From positions 28,342-92,341 of IMG/VR virus record IMGVR_UViG_3300032219_001867: a DNA stretch of 64,000 nt; one strand, given 5' to 3'. The notes under the pieces were generated by a model, which saw only the letters and a list, made by a program, of their open reading frames with translations, was not told where the DNA came from and searched no databases. Below are positions 27,448 through 37,009 of the stretch, one piece after another; positions within the stretch are counted from its first letter, which is position 1; each line of letters starts with the position of its first letter. Made by a program: the position numbers and the translations under genes. This DNA comes from a virus. Lineage: Duplodnaviria; Caudoviricetes.

Positions 27448-29280
27448 TTAGTTAGAGAAAGAAGACCAACTACCGCTGAACTTTTGAGCAATAGTAATGG
27501 GTGTCCAGGTTGGGTTAGAAGGCGTCGGACCCACTGTGTATGCCCCGCTAATTGTCAAAGCTCCGTCCTCAATGTTGAGCCCTAAATCAAAATACGTAGT
27601 GTCTACAAGGGTAATTGCTACGGAAGTTTGATTTAGGGACGTGTATGGAGCGGAAATTCCGGTTATGGTAACGACGTCACCTATAGCAAGCCCGTGCCCA
27701 GACGCAACCGTGTACCTAGCAATGTTGTTATTTGTGTTGCCGTTAAAGCCGGTTATTGCCCCCGATTTTGTAGGTGTAATGGACGCTACGCGTTTACCGG
27801 TCAACATACGCGCCCAACCAGAAGCAGTACCCGTTGAGTTGGAATAAGTTCCTTGGGCAGTGCTTGTAATTACAAAAGAACTAGCAGTCGCTGATTTAAT
27901 TGTTGCGTTGGTCAAGTTGTACGCGCCCGGATTTACTCCCGTAATAGTTACCGTATCGTTGGCTGAAAAGCTATTTGAAGCGGTGTAGGTGGCGTCTCCA
28001 GTAACGGTAGCTGTACCACTAATAGAGACAGTTCCTAGTCCGTCATTATTTGCATCCGTGCTAAACGAATTAACGCCAAAAACGCTAATATTTGTGTACG
28101 TTTGATTTAGGTACGCATAGGGGGCTGCAATTCCAGAGACGATTACGGTCTGTCCAGTAGAAAACCCGTGAGCAGCGCTAGTTGTAAAATCAGTATTAAA
28201 CTCCCCTCCAAAAACGCTAGTTATTGTTTTGACGTTTGTAGTGGTTGTAACGTTAGTAATTGAGCCAGAGGTAGCGTAACGGCGTCCATAAGCGGCAATA
28301 AATGTCGAAGCACTGGCGCTGTAAGGGGAAGTGACAGACGCGGAGTTTACGTACTTTGCCCTAAAGTAGTACGTATTACCAGGAAGTAGTCCTGTAATAG
28401 AGTTGCTTCCGACACCAGCAGACGACTTAGTTGAGAAGGTAGCAAAAGCAGAGTCTGTACTGTAGTCAATGGCGTAGCCAGTTGTAGCGTTAATGGTAGA
28501 GCCACCATTACTTGCGGGAGCCGCAAGAACAACGGTTGCAGTTGTTCCCACAGATGTCGCGGAGGTAATAGAAGGAGCAGCGTAAGCAACCGCGCTTGGA
28601 GAAAACGGTCCTGTTCCCTCTGAGTTGATAGCTCTAGTTTGGAAGTAGTAAACCAATGCAGGATTTGTGCCAGTAAAATTGGGAAAACTAGCGCTGCTTG
28701 TTCCTGTTACGGTTGTCCACGATGCCCCATTATCGTTATTCCATCGGTAGTCATACTGGGTAGTAGCTGTCGTTGCAACGGCGTAACTAGCAGCAGCTTG
28801 TGACGTAATAGATATTGTTCCGCCAGTACCGGTTCGTCCAAGGGTAGGTCCAGAAGCGGGAGCTAATGGAGGACGGCTAAAGTCGTCGAGTGTGGCAGTA
28901 ATGGTGTATGAAACATTTTTTGGTAGGAAAGACTCGGTATTATCGGTATCGTCAAAAGTAGCGTTAATTGAAATGGCTTTACTACCATTAGTAGTGTGGG
29001 TAACCACCGTGCTTCCAGTGGCAAACTGGCGGTCAACGCCGTCAGTAATCCAATCAAAAAGTTTTGCACTACCGCTAACAAGTAGAACTCCGTTAACGGT
29101 AAGAGTCCACGCACAGGTATACCCGCTAAAGCCTCCCGCGCCATTGGACCTCAAGTACGCCGTGGCAGTAACCGTGCTGGTATTGTTGCTTATGTTATGA
29201 CTTGACGTGCTCCAAATAATTCTTATATCGTAGTAGCTATTCCCCGCAGAGGTATAGCCAACAACATCGCCACTAGCCAT
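27448..29280 (-). CDS. fibronectin type III-containing structural protein
   Basis: two FN3-like repeats (YYFQTRAINSEG; GLLPGNTYYFRA), repeated HG-x-x-G..V.I.G beta modules. Confidence 0.65.
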   Translation of the reverse strand: MASGDVVGYTSAGNSYYDIRIIWSTSSHNISNNTSTVTATAYLRSNGAGGFSGYTCAWTLTVNGVLLVSGSAKLFDWITDGVDRQFATGSTVVTHTTNGSKAISINATFDDTDNTESFLPKNVSYTITATLDDFSRPPLAPASGPTLGRTGTGGTISITSQAAASYAVATTATTQYDYRWNNDNGASWTTVTGTSSASFPNFTGTNPALVYYFQTRAINSEGTGPFSPSAVAYAAPSITSATSVGTTATVVLAAPASNGGSTINATTGYAIDYSTDSAFATFSTKSSAGVGSNSITGLLPGNTYYFRAKYVNSASVTSPYSASASTFIAAYGRRYATSGSITNVTTTTNVKTITSVFGGEFNTDFTTSAAHGFSTGQTVIVSGIAAPYAYLNQTYTNISVFGVNSFSTDANNDGLGTVSISGTATVTGDATYTASNSFSANDTVTITGVNPGAYNLTNATIKSATASSFVITSTAQGTYSNSTGTASGWARMLTGKRVASITPTKSGAITGFNGNTNNNIARYTVASGHGLAIGDVVTITGISAPYTSLNQTSVAITLVDTTYFDLGLNIEDGALTISGAYTVGPTPSNPTWTPITIAQKFSGSWSSFSN

Positions 29281-29285
29281 TTAGC

Positions 29286-30296
29286 TCACCAGAACCAAAC
29301 GTCGCCTACCGCAGGGGTATACCCAGAGATAAAGCCGTTACCTGCTGTGCCCGTAGGTTGGTATTGCTGGACAAATACGCGAAGAGTAGAACGCGCCCCC
29401 GCAAGCCCAGACCCAAGAGTTCCTGAACCGGGGTCAGCACCAAGACCACCGTTTGTAGCGGTTAGGAGCCCACTAACATCCGTAGCTGCGGCAAGGTCTA
29501 CCTTACCGGAGCTCAGTGCCCCCGTAGACGCGTTAATCTTGACGATGACACTACCGGCAGAAGTAATACCTGAGAGCTTCACAGTGGCGCTAGAGGCGTC
29601 TAACGACCCTGAAACAACCGTCGTACCGCTGAGAGTCTTATTGCCCGTAACTGTTTGAGTACCGGCGATACCCACGTAGGTGCTCGCCGCAGTTGCAGCA
29701 GTAAGCAGTGATGTACCAGACTCGTTGGGCAAAGCAAGAGTGTAGCTTCCGCTTCCAGAACCAGCGGTCACAGTTACTGTGCCACTACCCGAAGTATTAA
29801 AAATTGCGCTTGTATTGATTACTGGGGAAGTTAGGCTTGGACCAGTAGAAAACACCAGTTTGTTCGTTCCCGTTGCGTCACTAACTACCCCAAGGACGTC
29901 AGCAGAAGCAGTTGTTGCGTCAATGAATGTGGAGCTAAGTTTTGGTCGCCCCCACGTAGGAACGCCACCAGAAAGCAAAACCGTAGAACCAGTAGTGGCT
30001 ACACCTACAGCCAAGAAGGTTGTAGTTCCAGCAGAACTCTGGTAAGGGATAGAGCCAGTACCACCGCTGGCGAGGTTTGTTGCCGTAGTTGCCGCAGTGG
30101 CGCTATCGGCTTGAATAACCGCAACATTTTTAGCGTCCGCCCATGCCTGGACACTACCACTGCTATTTCCAAACTTTAGCTTGCCAGTAGTGACATCAAT
30201 GCCAATTTCACCGTATGCAAGGTTCTTGGTTCCGGTAGTCCAGTTTGTCGTAGTGTCACGACGCAACCGAATGGTGCTAAAGCCTGAGTTAGCCAT
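29286..30296 (-). CDS. fibre protein with Mtd_N-like N-terminus
   Basis: IRLRRDT...LAYGEIGIDVTTGKLKFG. Confidence 0.6.
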   Translation of the reverse strand: MANSGFSTIRLRRDTTTNWTTGTKNLAYGEIGIDVTTGKLKFGNSSGSVQAWADAKNVAVIQADSATAATTATNLASGGTGSIPYQSSAGTTTFLAVGVATTGSTVLLSGGVPTWGRPKLSSTFIDATTASADVLGVVSDATGTNKLVFSTGPSLTSPVINTSAIFNTSGSGTVTVTAGSGSGSYTLALPNESGTSLLTAATAASTYVGIAGTQTVTGNKTLSGTTVVSGSLDASSATVKLSGITSAGSVIVKINASTGALSSGKVDLAAATDVSGLLTATNGGLGADPGSGTLGSGLAGARSTLRVFVQQYQPTGTAGNGFISGYTPAVGDVWFW

Positions 30297-30493
30297 AAAA
30301 ACTCCTAAGTATCATTTCTATTTTGACTGGTTATGTGCCTTCTAGAGGCCCAAGTGTCCATCGTTATCAGGAAAAGAACTATCAATAACGTCAAGGTCTA
30401 CGTAAGCATCCGCAACCCAAGTATTTCCTGGCCTAGGAATGAGGAGTGCGACATCTTTTTCCATGAGGGGCTTACCAGCTGGCACGACAAAGG

Positions 30494-31834
30494 TCACAGG
30501 ATTACCTCGCTTGACCTAACTGTGAATAGGTGGCTTTCGTAAATGACGAGGCTTTCATCGGTAAAGGGGTCAATGGTACGGATTTCCCACCATGTACGGT
30601 TTGCAAGGTAACGTGTTTGGTCCGCCGTTAGAGAAAGCGTAAATGTGTAGTTCTGGTTGGCATTTACGTCTACCGTTCCGGTGAGAGCACTCAACGCCAA
30701 TACCGTAGTTGCGGTTCCCGTTACCGTAAACGTTGTAGCGGTAACTGCTGTAATCGTTCGTGTTCCGTTTACGGTTTCATGCACGTCAGTGATTACTACG
30801 GAAGTACCGACTGTAAGGTTGTGCGTTATGTTGGTAGTCAGCGTAATGGTTGTACTAGCTGCTGTTCGAGCCGCGTTTGTAATAGCAAAGTTGGGAAGGC
30901 TAGAGTTAACGTTAAGCTCAAAGCCCTGCACAATTTGCAAGGAGCCTCGTTGCAGCACAACGTTTGCAACGAACGTCTTTCCTGCGTAATTTTTGGCTGT
31001 GAGTGTACGGTCAACAGTAAAGGCGCGTCCTTGGTAAGCCGTAAACTCTCCGTCTTCTGTGGGGAAAACCGTAGGTTCGTTGCCGTAAGTAGGTAGTGCC
31101 ATACGTGCTCGTTGCGGGAACGAACGGTCGTCCACCTCTTGAGGCTTGTACACAGGTACATACCGATTCGTGGTTTTAGAAATTCTACGGAACGTAAATA
31201 CGTCGATGCTGTACAGACCGACGCCCAGCATTACGCACAACTCGCGGTACTGCTGTTGGCGAGTCTGAATCATTTCCATAAGCTGGCGATAACGCTCAGA
31301 ACGAGGAATGCTTACGCCGTCAGGAGCAGCGATGTCAATATCAAAAGACGCGTCGGTAGCAAGCGTGTAGAGCGCAAGGGTAGTTGCGTACACAGCCACG
31401 GGGTATTCATCCAACGTGGGTAAGTTTTCTACAGTAAATTTACGCCCAATAACGTCAATTTGTTTTGCCGTGTGCTGCTCCACAGCGGTGCTCACAAGAG
31501 TGCTAAGTTCATTAGCCGTAAAATACCGGTAGTAAGTTCCGCTAACAGTAAAGGCTACGCCGCTTTTTGGTACTACGGTGCCACTGTTTACCAAGCTCGG
31601 AAACTCTGCATAAGTCAAATCAACCACAAGAGTTCCTGTTGATTCTTCTACTGAAGACTTAGACGTAATGTTAGTACCGTTGGCGTACACAGTAACGCCA
31701 GCCGCATCAAGCGGCGCGTAGTGCAAGCGGAAGCGGTTGGTGGTTCCATCAGAAACAAACTGAGTAACAAAGGATTTTCCCAAGTCACCGAGTTCGATGC
31801 GAACCTTAGCTACCAAGCTGTTGATGTCAGCCAC
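30494..31834 (-). CDS. head-tail adaptor/neck protein with extra beta domains
   Basis: KVRIELGD, DGVSIPRSERYRQL; directly downstream of capsid genes. Confidence 0.55.
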   Translation of the reverse strand: MADINSLVAKVRIELGDLGKSFVTQFVSDGTTNRFRLHYAPLDAAGVTVYANGTNITSKSSVEESTGTLVVDLTYAEFPSLVNSGTVVPKSGVAFTVSGTYYRYFTANELSTLVSTAVEQHTAKQIDVIGRKFTVENLPTLDEYPVAVYATTLALYTLATDASFDIDIAAPDGVSIPRSERYRQLMEMIQTRQQQYRELCVMLGVGLYSIDVFTFRRISKTTNRYVPVYKPQEVDDRSFPQRARMALPTYGNEPTVFPTEDGEFTAYQGRAFTVDRTLTAKNYAGKTFVANVVLQRGSLQIVQGFELNVNSSLPNFAITNAARTAASTTITLTTNITHNLTVGTSVVITDVHETVNGTRTITAVTATTFTVTGTATTVLALSALTGTVDVNANQNYTFTLSLTADQTRYLANRTWWEIRTIDPFTDESLVIYESHLFTVRSSEVIL

Positions 31835-31896
31835 AAAGCCTCCGTAAAGTCTATAGTTCTATGTTCCCCGATTACGGGCGGAATTACAGCGCAAAT

Positions 31897-31940
31897 AAGT
31901 CCGCCCTGCTGGGAGGAGGGCGAGAACCAGCAGGGCGGAC
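31897..31940 (-). terminator. hairpin terminator
   Basis: gtccgccctgctgg...ccagcagggcggac followed by TTATTT. Confidence 0.6.
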
Positions 31941-31955
31941 AGTACAGGGCTGACG

Positions 31956-32324
31956 TTACTGACGCCAGATGTAACCCAGCGACTCAAGGTACTGAGCGAG
32001 GTCACGAGAAACGGAATACTTTACACCTTGCTTGAAAGTGTACGAGTTTCCGATGCCATAAGTCATGTCTTCAATGTCGGCAATGGTGCGAATAATGACC
32101 TTGTCATTATTTACCGATACGCCAACTTCCTCAATCTCGTCAATGAGGATGGGCTGGTCGGGCTTCTTTGGGTCAAAGACTTGCGTCTCCAACTCGATGG
32201 CCTCTTGAGCACGTACAGTCGAAATCTCGTCTGCCCGCTCACGGAGAGCCTTTGCATTAGCTTTTGCTGCTTTTTCGGCAGCTGCCCCAGTTGCATCCTG
32301 AGGACTAGTTGGAAGGTTTGCCAC
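31956..32324 (-). CDS. hypothetical capsid-associated protein
   Basis: SD AAGGAG, follows the major capsid gene. Confidence 0.55.
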   Translation of the reverse strand: MANLPTSPQDATGAAAEKAAKANAKALRERADEISTVRAQEAIELETQVFDPKKPDQPILIDEIEEVGVSVNNDKVIIRTIADIEDMTYGIGNSYTFKQGVKYSVSRDLAQYLESLGYIWRQ

Positions 32325-32395
32325 GGTGTTTTTCTCCTTGTGTTGTAGTTTGTGTTGGGAGGGGGCCCGAAGACCCCCTCCCTAAATAGCAGTCG

Positions 32396-33529
32396 TTAGT
32401 TGGTGTAAGCCTTAACGATAGCCTGGTCGGTGATGATACCGAGACCCCAGATGGAGTACCATGCGAGGGCGTGCTCACGACCGAAGTCGAGAACGCCACC
32501 GTCACGGAGCTCAACCGGAAGGCTGATGGCGTGACCGAATGCGTTGTCACCAATCATGATGGACTCGTACACGTCAGCCGAGTTACCGGTAGCCGAGGTA
32601 AGGTAACCAGCATCAGCCGTGTAGTCAGCCGACGCAGGGTTTCCACCCTGACCGGGGGCGGTGTTCGCCTTGACCGGAACGACAGCAGCGTTAGCAGGAA
32701 CGCCAACGTTGGTCGAGGTGGTGTACGTGCCAGACGCAGCGAGCAACTTGACCTGAGTGGTCTCGATGAACACAACGTCGTAGAGGCGACCAATCTCACC
32801 AAGCATGAAGTTACCGGGGGCGGCGTACTTCGTGACTTCAATGAACTCCGGGTTTGAGCGGAGGTCACGAGACTGCTTGGGGTGAATGAACATGACGTAG
32901 GTCTCACCAATGCGGGGGATGTTCTTACCGGCGAGGGCAAGAGCAGCATCCTTGATGGTTCCCGTGGTCAGCTTGTGGTTACCGTCGAGGCTTGAGATAG
33001 CCGTACCAACCGTACCTTCAGCGTAGGTGTTGAAGGTGGTCGATGCCGAGAATCCCGAACGGTCGTAACCGAAGACAGCCGAGGTGGCAGCCGACAGGGT
33101 GTTACGAGCCTGTACGTCGAGGTACTGAGCCATGTGGCGACCGAGAAGACGCGAAGCCGAAGCCATGATGTCGTCGAACGAGGCGTTCAGCAGCAGTTCG
33201 GAAACAGCAACTGCGTAGCCGTGCTCAGCAACGGTGATGGCAATCTGCTCAGCCGTCAGTGCGTTCGTAGTCATACGAACACCTTCGGTGAGGGGGGTCG
33301 GGTCAACCGAGAAGTTCTTGTAACGCAGGAAGTTCACGCGGAGACCGGGGGCAACACCAAGTTCCGTCTTCTTTACAGCGAACTGCTCGAAGCGGAGGAT
33401 GGGCATTGCCTGGAACAGGATTTCCTTGGACCAAATGGTCTGGATTGCCTGTGAGAGCTGGCTATTGGAGCCAGAGTAAGCGGTAGGAGCAGAAGCAAGC
33501 TGCCCAGAACCGGTAATGGCAGAAGCCAT
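32396..33529 (-). CDS. major capsid protein (N4-gp56-like family)
   Basis: WSKEILFQAMP, LTEGV, EHGYAV, IHPKQ..DL, GEIGRL..V.FIET, DFGR..AWY; strong codon bias. Confidence 0.9.
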   Translation of the reverse strand: MASAITGSGQLASAPTAYSGSNSQLSQAIQTIWSKEILFQAMPILRFEQFAVKKTELGVAPGLRVNFLRYKNFSVDPTPLTEGVRMTTNALTAEQIAITVAEHGYAVAVSELLLNASFDDIMASASRLLGRHMAQYLDVQARNTLSAATSAVFGYDRSGFSASTTFNTYAEGTVGTAISSLDGNHKLTTGTIKDAALALAGKNIPRIGETYVMFIHPKQSRDLRSNPEFIEVTKYAAPGNFMLGEIGRLYDVVFIETTQVKLLAASGTYTTSTNVGVPANAAVVPVKANTAPGQGGNPASADYTADAGYLTSATGNSADVYESIMIGDNAFGHAISLPVELRDGGVLDFGREHALAWYSIWGLGIITDQAIVKAYTN

Positions 33530-33565
33530 AATTTTCTCCTTAAAAGAGGGTTAGGGGGTTATGAA

Positions 33566-34333
33566 CTAACCGAACAATCCCTGACCGCGATTGGTACCTG
33601 CTGAACCGAGCAACTTGGCGCGGTTCTTTGCGTAATCAGATAGTGACATGTTCCTGAGGTCATCAGGAGATACCGAAATTTGGTCCGAATCATTATCGAG
33701 GGGTCCGTTTGCCGGAGACGTAATACGTGCTCCGACCATTTCCTTGCGAGTCTGCTGTGTTGCTTGAGTAGCAGACTCAAAAATTCGAGTTGACTTGTCC
33801 TTAAGCTGAGAAACACTCTGCTCAATTTCTTCAGGGGTGTTACCCTGAATAAGGTCAATCAGCTCTGGAAGAATATTTTCGCGTTCCTGTTCTACACGCT
33901 GTTGGCGGTAAGCCGTCAGCTCCTGGTATTCGCGCTCACGCTCAAGAAGGGCAAAAGCAGACTCACGCTCAGCACGCTCACGTTCGAGCTGTGCATTAAA
34001 CTCGTCTTCCTTAACCTTCAAAAGCTCTTTGAAGGACATTTCTTGCTCAGCTTCTTCGGCTTTCTTCTTAGCCGCTTCAGCTTCTCGTGCAGCACGCTGT
34101 GCCTTACGTTCGTTTTCCTTTGCAATTTGCTCTTCGCGCTCTTTCTTGAGAACGTTGAGCTCCTCTTTCATCTTCTCCATAGAAGAGTAGAGCTTATCCT
34201 TTTCCTGTGCACGCGCCTTCTGAATATCTTCGGCGGTATACTGGGGGGTAGGCAATACGTCCTCGGCAAGCTGAACGGGGGGTGCTGTGATGGGGTCGGC
34301 TGCTTCTGCAACCTCTGTGTTGATTTCCGACAT
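33566..34333 (-). CDS. scaffolding protein
   Basis: acidic coiled coil between portal and capsid genes; C-terminal MSLSDYAKNR; SD AAAGGAG before ATG 34333. Confidence 0.8.
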   Translation of the reverse strand: MSEINTEVAEAADPITAPPVQLAEDVLPTPQYTAEDIQKARAQEKDKLYSSMEKMKEELNVLKKEREEQIAKENERKAQRAAREAEAAKKKAEEAEQEMSFKELLKVKEDEFNAQLERERAERESAFALLEREREYQELTAYRQQRVEQERENILPELIDLIQGNTPEEIEQSVSQLKDKSTRIFESATQATQQTRKEMVGARITSPANGPLDNDSDQISVSPDDLRNMSLSDYAKNRAKLLGSAGTNRGQGLFG

Positions 34334-34455
34334 GAAGTCTCCTTTTGTTCTCTTGGTCGTTTTCCGAATTAATGACACATGACCTTGTCTGTATAGAGCC
34401 AAACTACCTACTGAGTAGATAACTGTCTCTATAAACTATGATTTCAGGTAATTAT

Positions 34456-36189
34456 TTAGTTGTCCCTGTCAACTGCTCTACGAGATGGAAGCTTTGTTCC
34501 ATACGCGTCAGTGACAAGCTTGTTTCGGATGGCTTGCTCGCCCTGCAACTCCGCCGTATTGGCGTTCAAGTTGGGGTCGCCATTGGCTTCTTCACCGGGA
34601 GGGCCAAGAACACCATCTCCTAAGACATCTCCATTGCCTGTTAGCATGGGGTCCATAGGAGTAGCAGAGCCATCAGGACCGACCATCATTCCGGTCATGT
34701 CCATGATTTCTTTCTGTATTTGAACCTTAATGAGGTTCATCGCACCCTCAGCTTGAGCGTCATCGACAAGCTCGGAGCGGATTTCTTGCAGTTTTTCCTC
34801 GGGGAATTCTTCGCCCAAGGCACGGAGTGCGCCCTCCTTTGACTCCAGTCCCATTCCCATCTTCTGCTGAATCTCGTTGAGCAAGACTAGCTTGTCGAGC
34901 GGGAGAGGCTGGGGAAAGTGTGCATAAGTCTGGTACGTAAGCGGGTCATTGGGGTCCAACTGGTCAAGCTGGTCAGGCTTAATTGGGCCATCTGTATCTG
35001 CATTGTAGATAAATGTTTCAGGCTCTTTGATAGCCAGGTTGAGCATAATAATTTCATTAATCTTCTCCAGTCCAGCGCCATACTGAGCTGTTTTCTGTGC
35101 CCAGCGGTTCATCAAAGGCTGGTACTGAATAGAGAGGGCCACACCAGAGGTGTTTGAAATAGGCTGAACTTGACCCAGAGCGGTTTCAGGGATGTTCATT
35201 AGTTCGTGCATAGAAGTCTTCAGCATCGCCATGTACTGCATAGCGCCAGCAAGACCGGCAGAACCGCCTTCAAGGTTGAATACCTGCGAGTCCTTGGGCA
35301 AACCACCCCAGACCTTCTTAGCACCTTTTTCAAGGTTAGAAGCTTTAGCCCCAACAATTACCGTGACTGGAGCAGCGTGATAGTTGATGATGTCGGCAAC
35401 GTCAGTGGCTATTTCGTTGTACGACCGATTAAGCGTGATAATGTCGTGGGCGTCGGAGAGTCCCCACGGTGAGCCAGAAACAGGGATATTCGGGATGTGT
35501 ACGACGGGAATTTCACCGAGCGGGTTAGGCCGCGAATCAATGAGCTCGTCGTTAATGTACTCTTCAATGATGTCATCAGTCAGAATCTCCGTGTAAGTAA
35601 AAACTTGACGGGTTCCCTCAAGTGAGGTTCCCCAAAAACGATACTTTTGCTTAAATCGTAATAGGCGGCTTCGGTCGTGGGGGTGAAACTCAGGGAAACA
35701 AAAAGCACTGTTCAATGGTAGGATGCGAACGCGGCCTGGATGTGCGCGACCAATAGAGTCGGTCCACGGCTCTTCATAAGCAATCTTTACAAAGCAGTCG
35801 CCTGTAATAGCGCCAATCTGAGACATCTCGAATAAGACGCGAATCTTATCGTTGTCAATTTCCCAAACGCGCTCAAGACGGTCAGGAATAATGGCTTCTG
35901 TGGCCTTTGGGCTACGAAACTGGACGCCCTTACCAAATACAAAGCGAGTCAAGAAGTCAATAAAGGCACGGTAGTAATTAAAAGAGACTTGAGTCTCACC
36001 CTGCTCACGTCGGTAGCCCCAGTGGTGTCCGAGGTACATAGCCCAGTTGAGCGAGTAACGGTTTAGACGAGGCCCGTGAACCTCAAACTCTTCATCAGCA
36101 AGTTCTACAAGCCCCAGAGGCGAGATGCTGATAGTTAGGTCAGAAGACGCCGCCCTATAACTGGGTGGTGAAAAATCTGCAAATGACAT
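34456..36189 (-). CDS. portal protein (SPP1 gp6-like)
   Basis: NYYRAFID, NPLGEIPVVHIPN, GLSD, NTSGVAL. Confidence 0.9.
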   Translation of the reverse strand: MSFADFSPPSYRAASSDLTISISPLGLVELADEEFEVHGPRLNRYSLNWAMYLGHHWGYRREQGETQVSFNYYRAFIDFLTRFVFGKGVQFRSPKATEAIIPDRLERVWEIDNDKIRVLFEMSQIGAITGDCFVKIAYEEPWTDSIGRAHPGRVRILPLNSAFCFPEFHPHDRSRLLRFKQKYRFWGTSLEGTRQVFTYTEILTDDIIEEYINDELIDSRPNPLGEIPVVHIPNIPVSGSPWGLSDAHDIITLNRSYNEIATDVADIINYHAAPVTVIVGAKASNLEKGAKKVWGGLPKDSQVFNLEGGSAGLAGAMQYMAMLKTSMHELMNIPETALGQVQPISNTSGVALSIQYQPLMNRWAQKTAQYGAGLEKINEIIMLNLAIKEPETFIYNADTDGPIKPDQLDQLDPNDPLTYQTYAHFPQPLPLDKLVLLNEIQQKMGMGLESKEGALRALGEEFPEEKLQEIRSELVDDAQAEGAMNLIKVQIQKEIMDMTGMMVGPDGSATPMDPMLTGNGDVLGDGVLGPPGEEANGDPNLNANTAELQGEQAIRNKLVTDAYGTKLPSRRAVDRDN

Positions 36190-36458
36190 TACTTATCGCC
36201 CTTTTTGTCTTTATCGTGGTGCTTGCCCTTAGAACGCCTAGCTAGAAGCTTTTCGTGACGCTCACGAAGGTACTTTCTACGCATAATTTCTGCTGTACGA
36301 GTCTCTTCGCTTACCTCTTTAAACTGCCCGCCCTTGCGTTCGTACTCTGCGTGTACCCAGTGGCTTGCTCCCGGTGAAGGGTACGTAGAAAACCGAGCCT
36401 TGGCTTGGATGATAACCATATTCCAAAGACTAGTGTTTACAGGTATCTGATGTGGCAT
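36189..36458 (-). CDS. hypothetical protein
   Basis: LWN...AKARF..YPS...WV..EY..KGG. Confidence 0.55.
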   Translation of the reverse strand: MPHQIPVNTSLWNMVIIQAKARFSTYPSPGASHWVHAEYERKGGQFKEVSEETRTAEIMRRKYLRERHEKLLARRSKGKHHDKDKKGDK

Positions 36459-36528
36459 CCCTACTCCTCAATCAACCAAGGGGTTCCGCCCCTACCTTAG
36501 TAGAGAAACGGAACCCCGACAGGTTGAA

Positions 36529-36924
36529 CTAGTCGTTTACGACGGTCGGGTTGAGGCGCTGAGTGCGAGCACCCGAGCGAGCAACGACCTCTACGGTCTG
36601 CTCTGCGTAGTTCGAGAACGAACCATGAGCAAACTCAGCGAGGAACGTCGGAGCCTCAATCCAGGAGCAAGAACCAACGTGTGCACGCTCCATGAGCGTC
36701 TCAGCAGCGGGCTTCTGCCACACAGGGGCGTTGCGGTTCGGACGACCAGGAGCAGCAGCAAAGCCGCTCATGATGCCCTTCTGGAAGTCGTTGGGGACAT
36801 CCGTGTCCGTGGCAATTCCCTCTTCAAAACGGAGGGGTCCACGACGCTCGGCGTTGTCTGCAAGCTTACGCTCGTAGACGTTGGGCGAACGCTCAGGGAA
36901 AGCGGGGGCGGGTCCAATACCCAT
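36529..36924 (-). CDS. hypothetical protein (capsid-like codon bias)
   Basis: GPLRFEEGIATDTDVPNDF; SD AAGGAG. Confidence 0.6.
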   Translation of the reverse strand: MGIGPAPAFPERSPNVYERKLADNAERRGPLRFEEGIATDTDVPNDFQKGIMSGFAAAPGRPNRNAPVWQKPAAETLMERAHVGSCSWIEAPTFLAEFAHGSFSNYAEQTVEVVARSGARTQRLNPTVVND

Positions 36925-37009
36925 AAGTAACTCCTTAGTATGTTGAAATGCGCATTTCATTACTAGTTTCTCGCGTTTTCTATACTAAGTATTGCCAAAC
37001 TCAAAATAC

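Noticed and set aside
27448-30296. Diversity-generating retroelement suggested by the Mtd_N-like domain
   Set aside because: No reverse transcriptase and no template/variable repeat pair seen in the window
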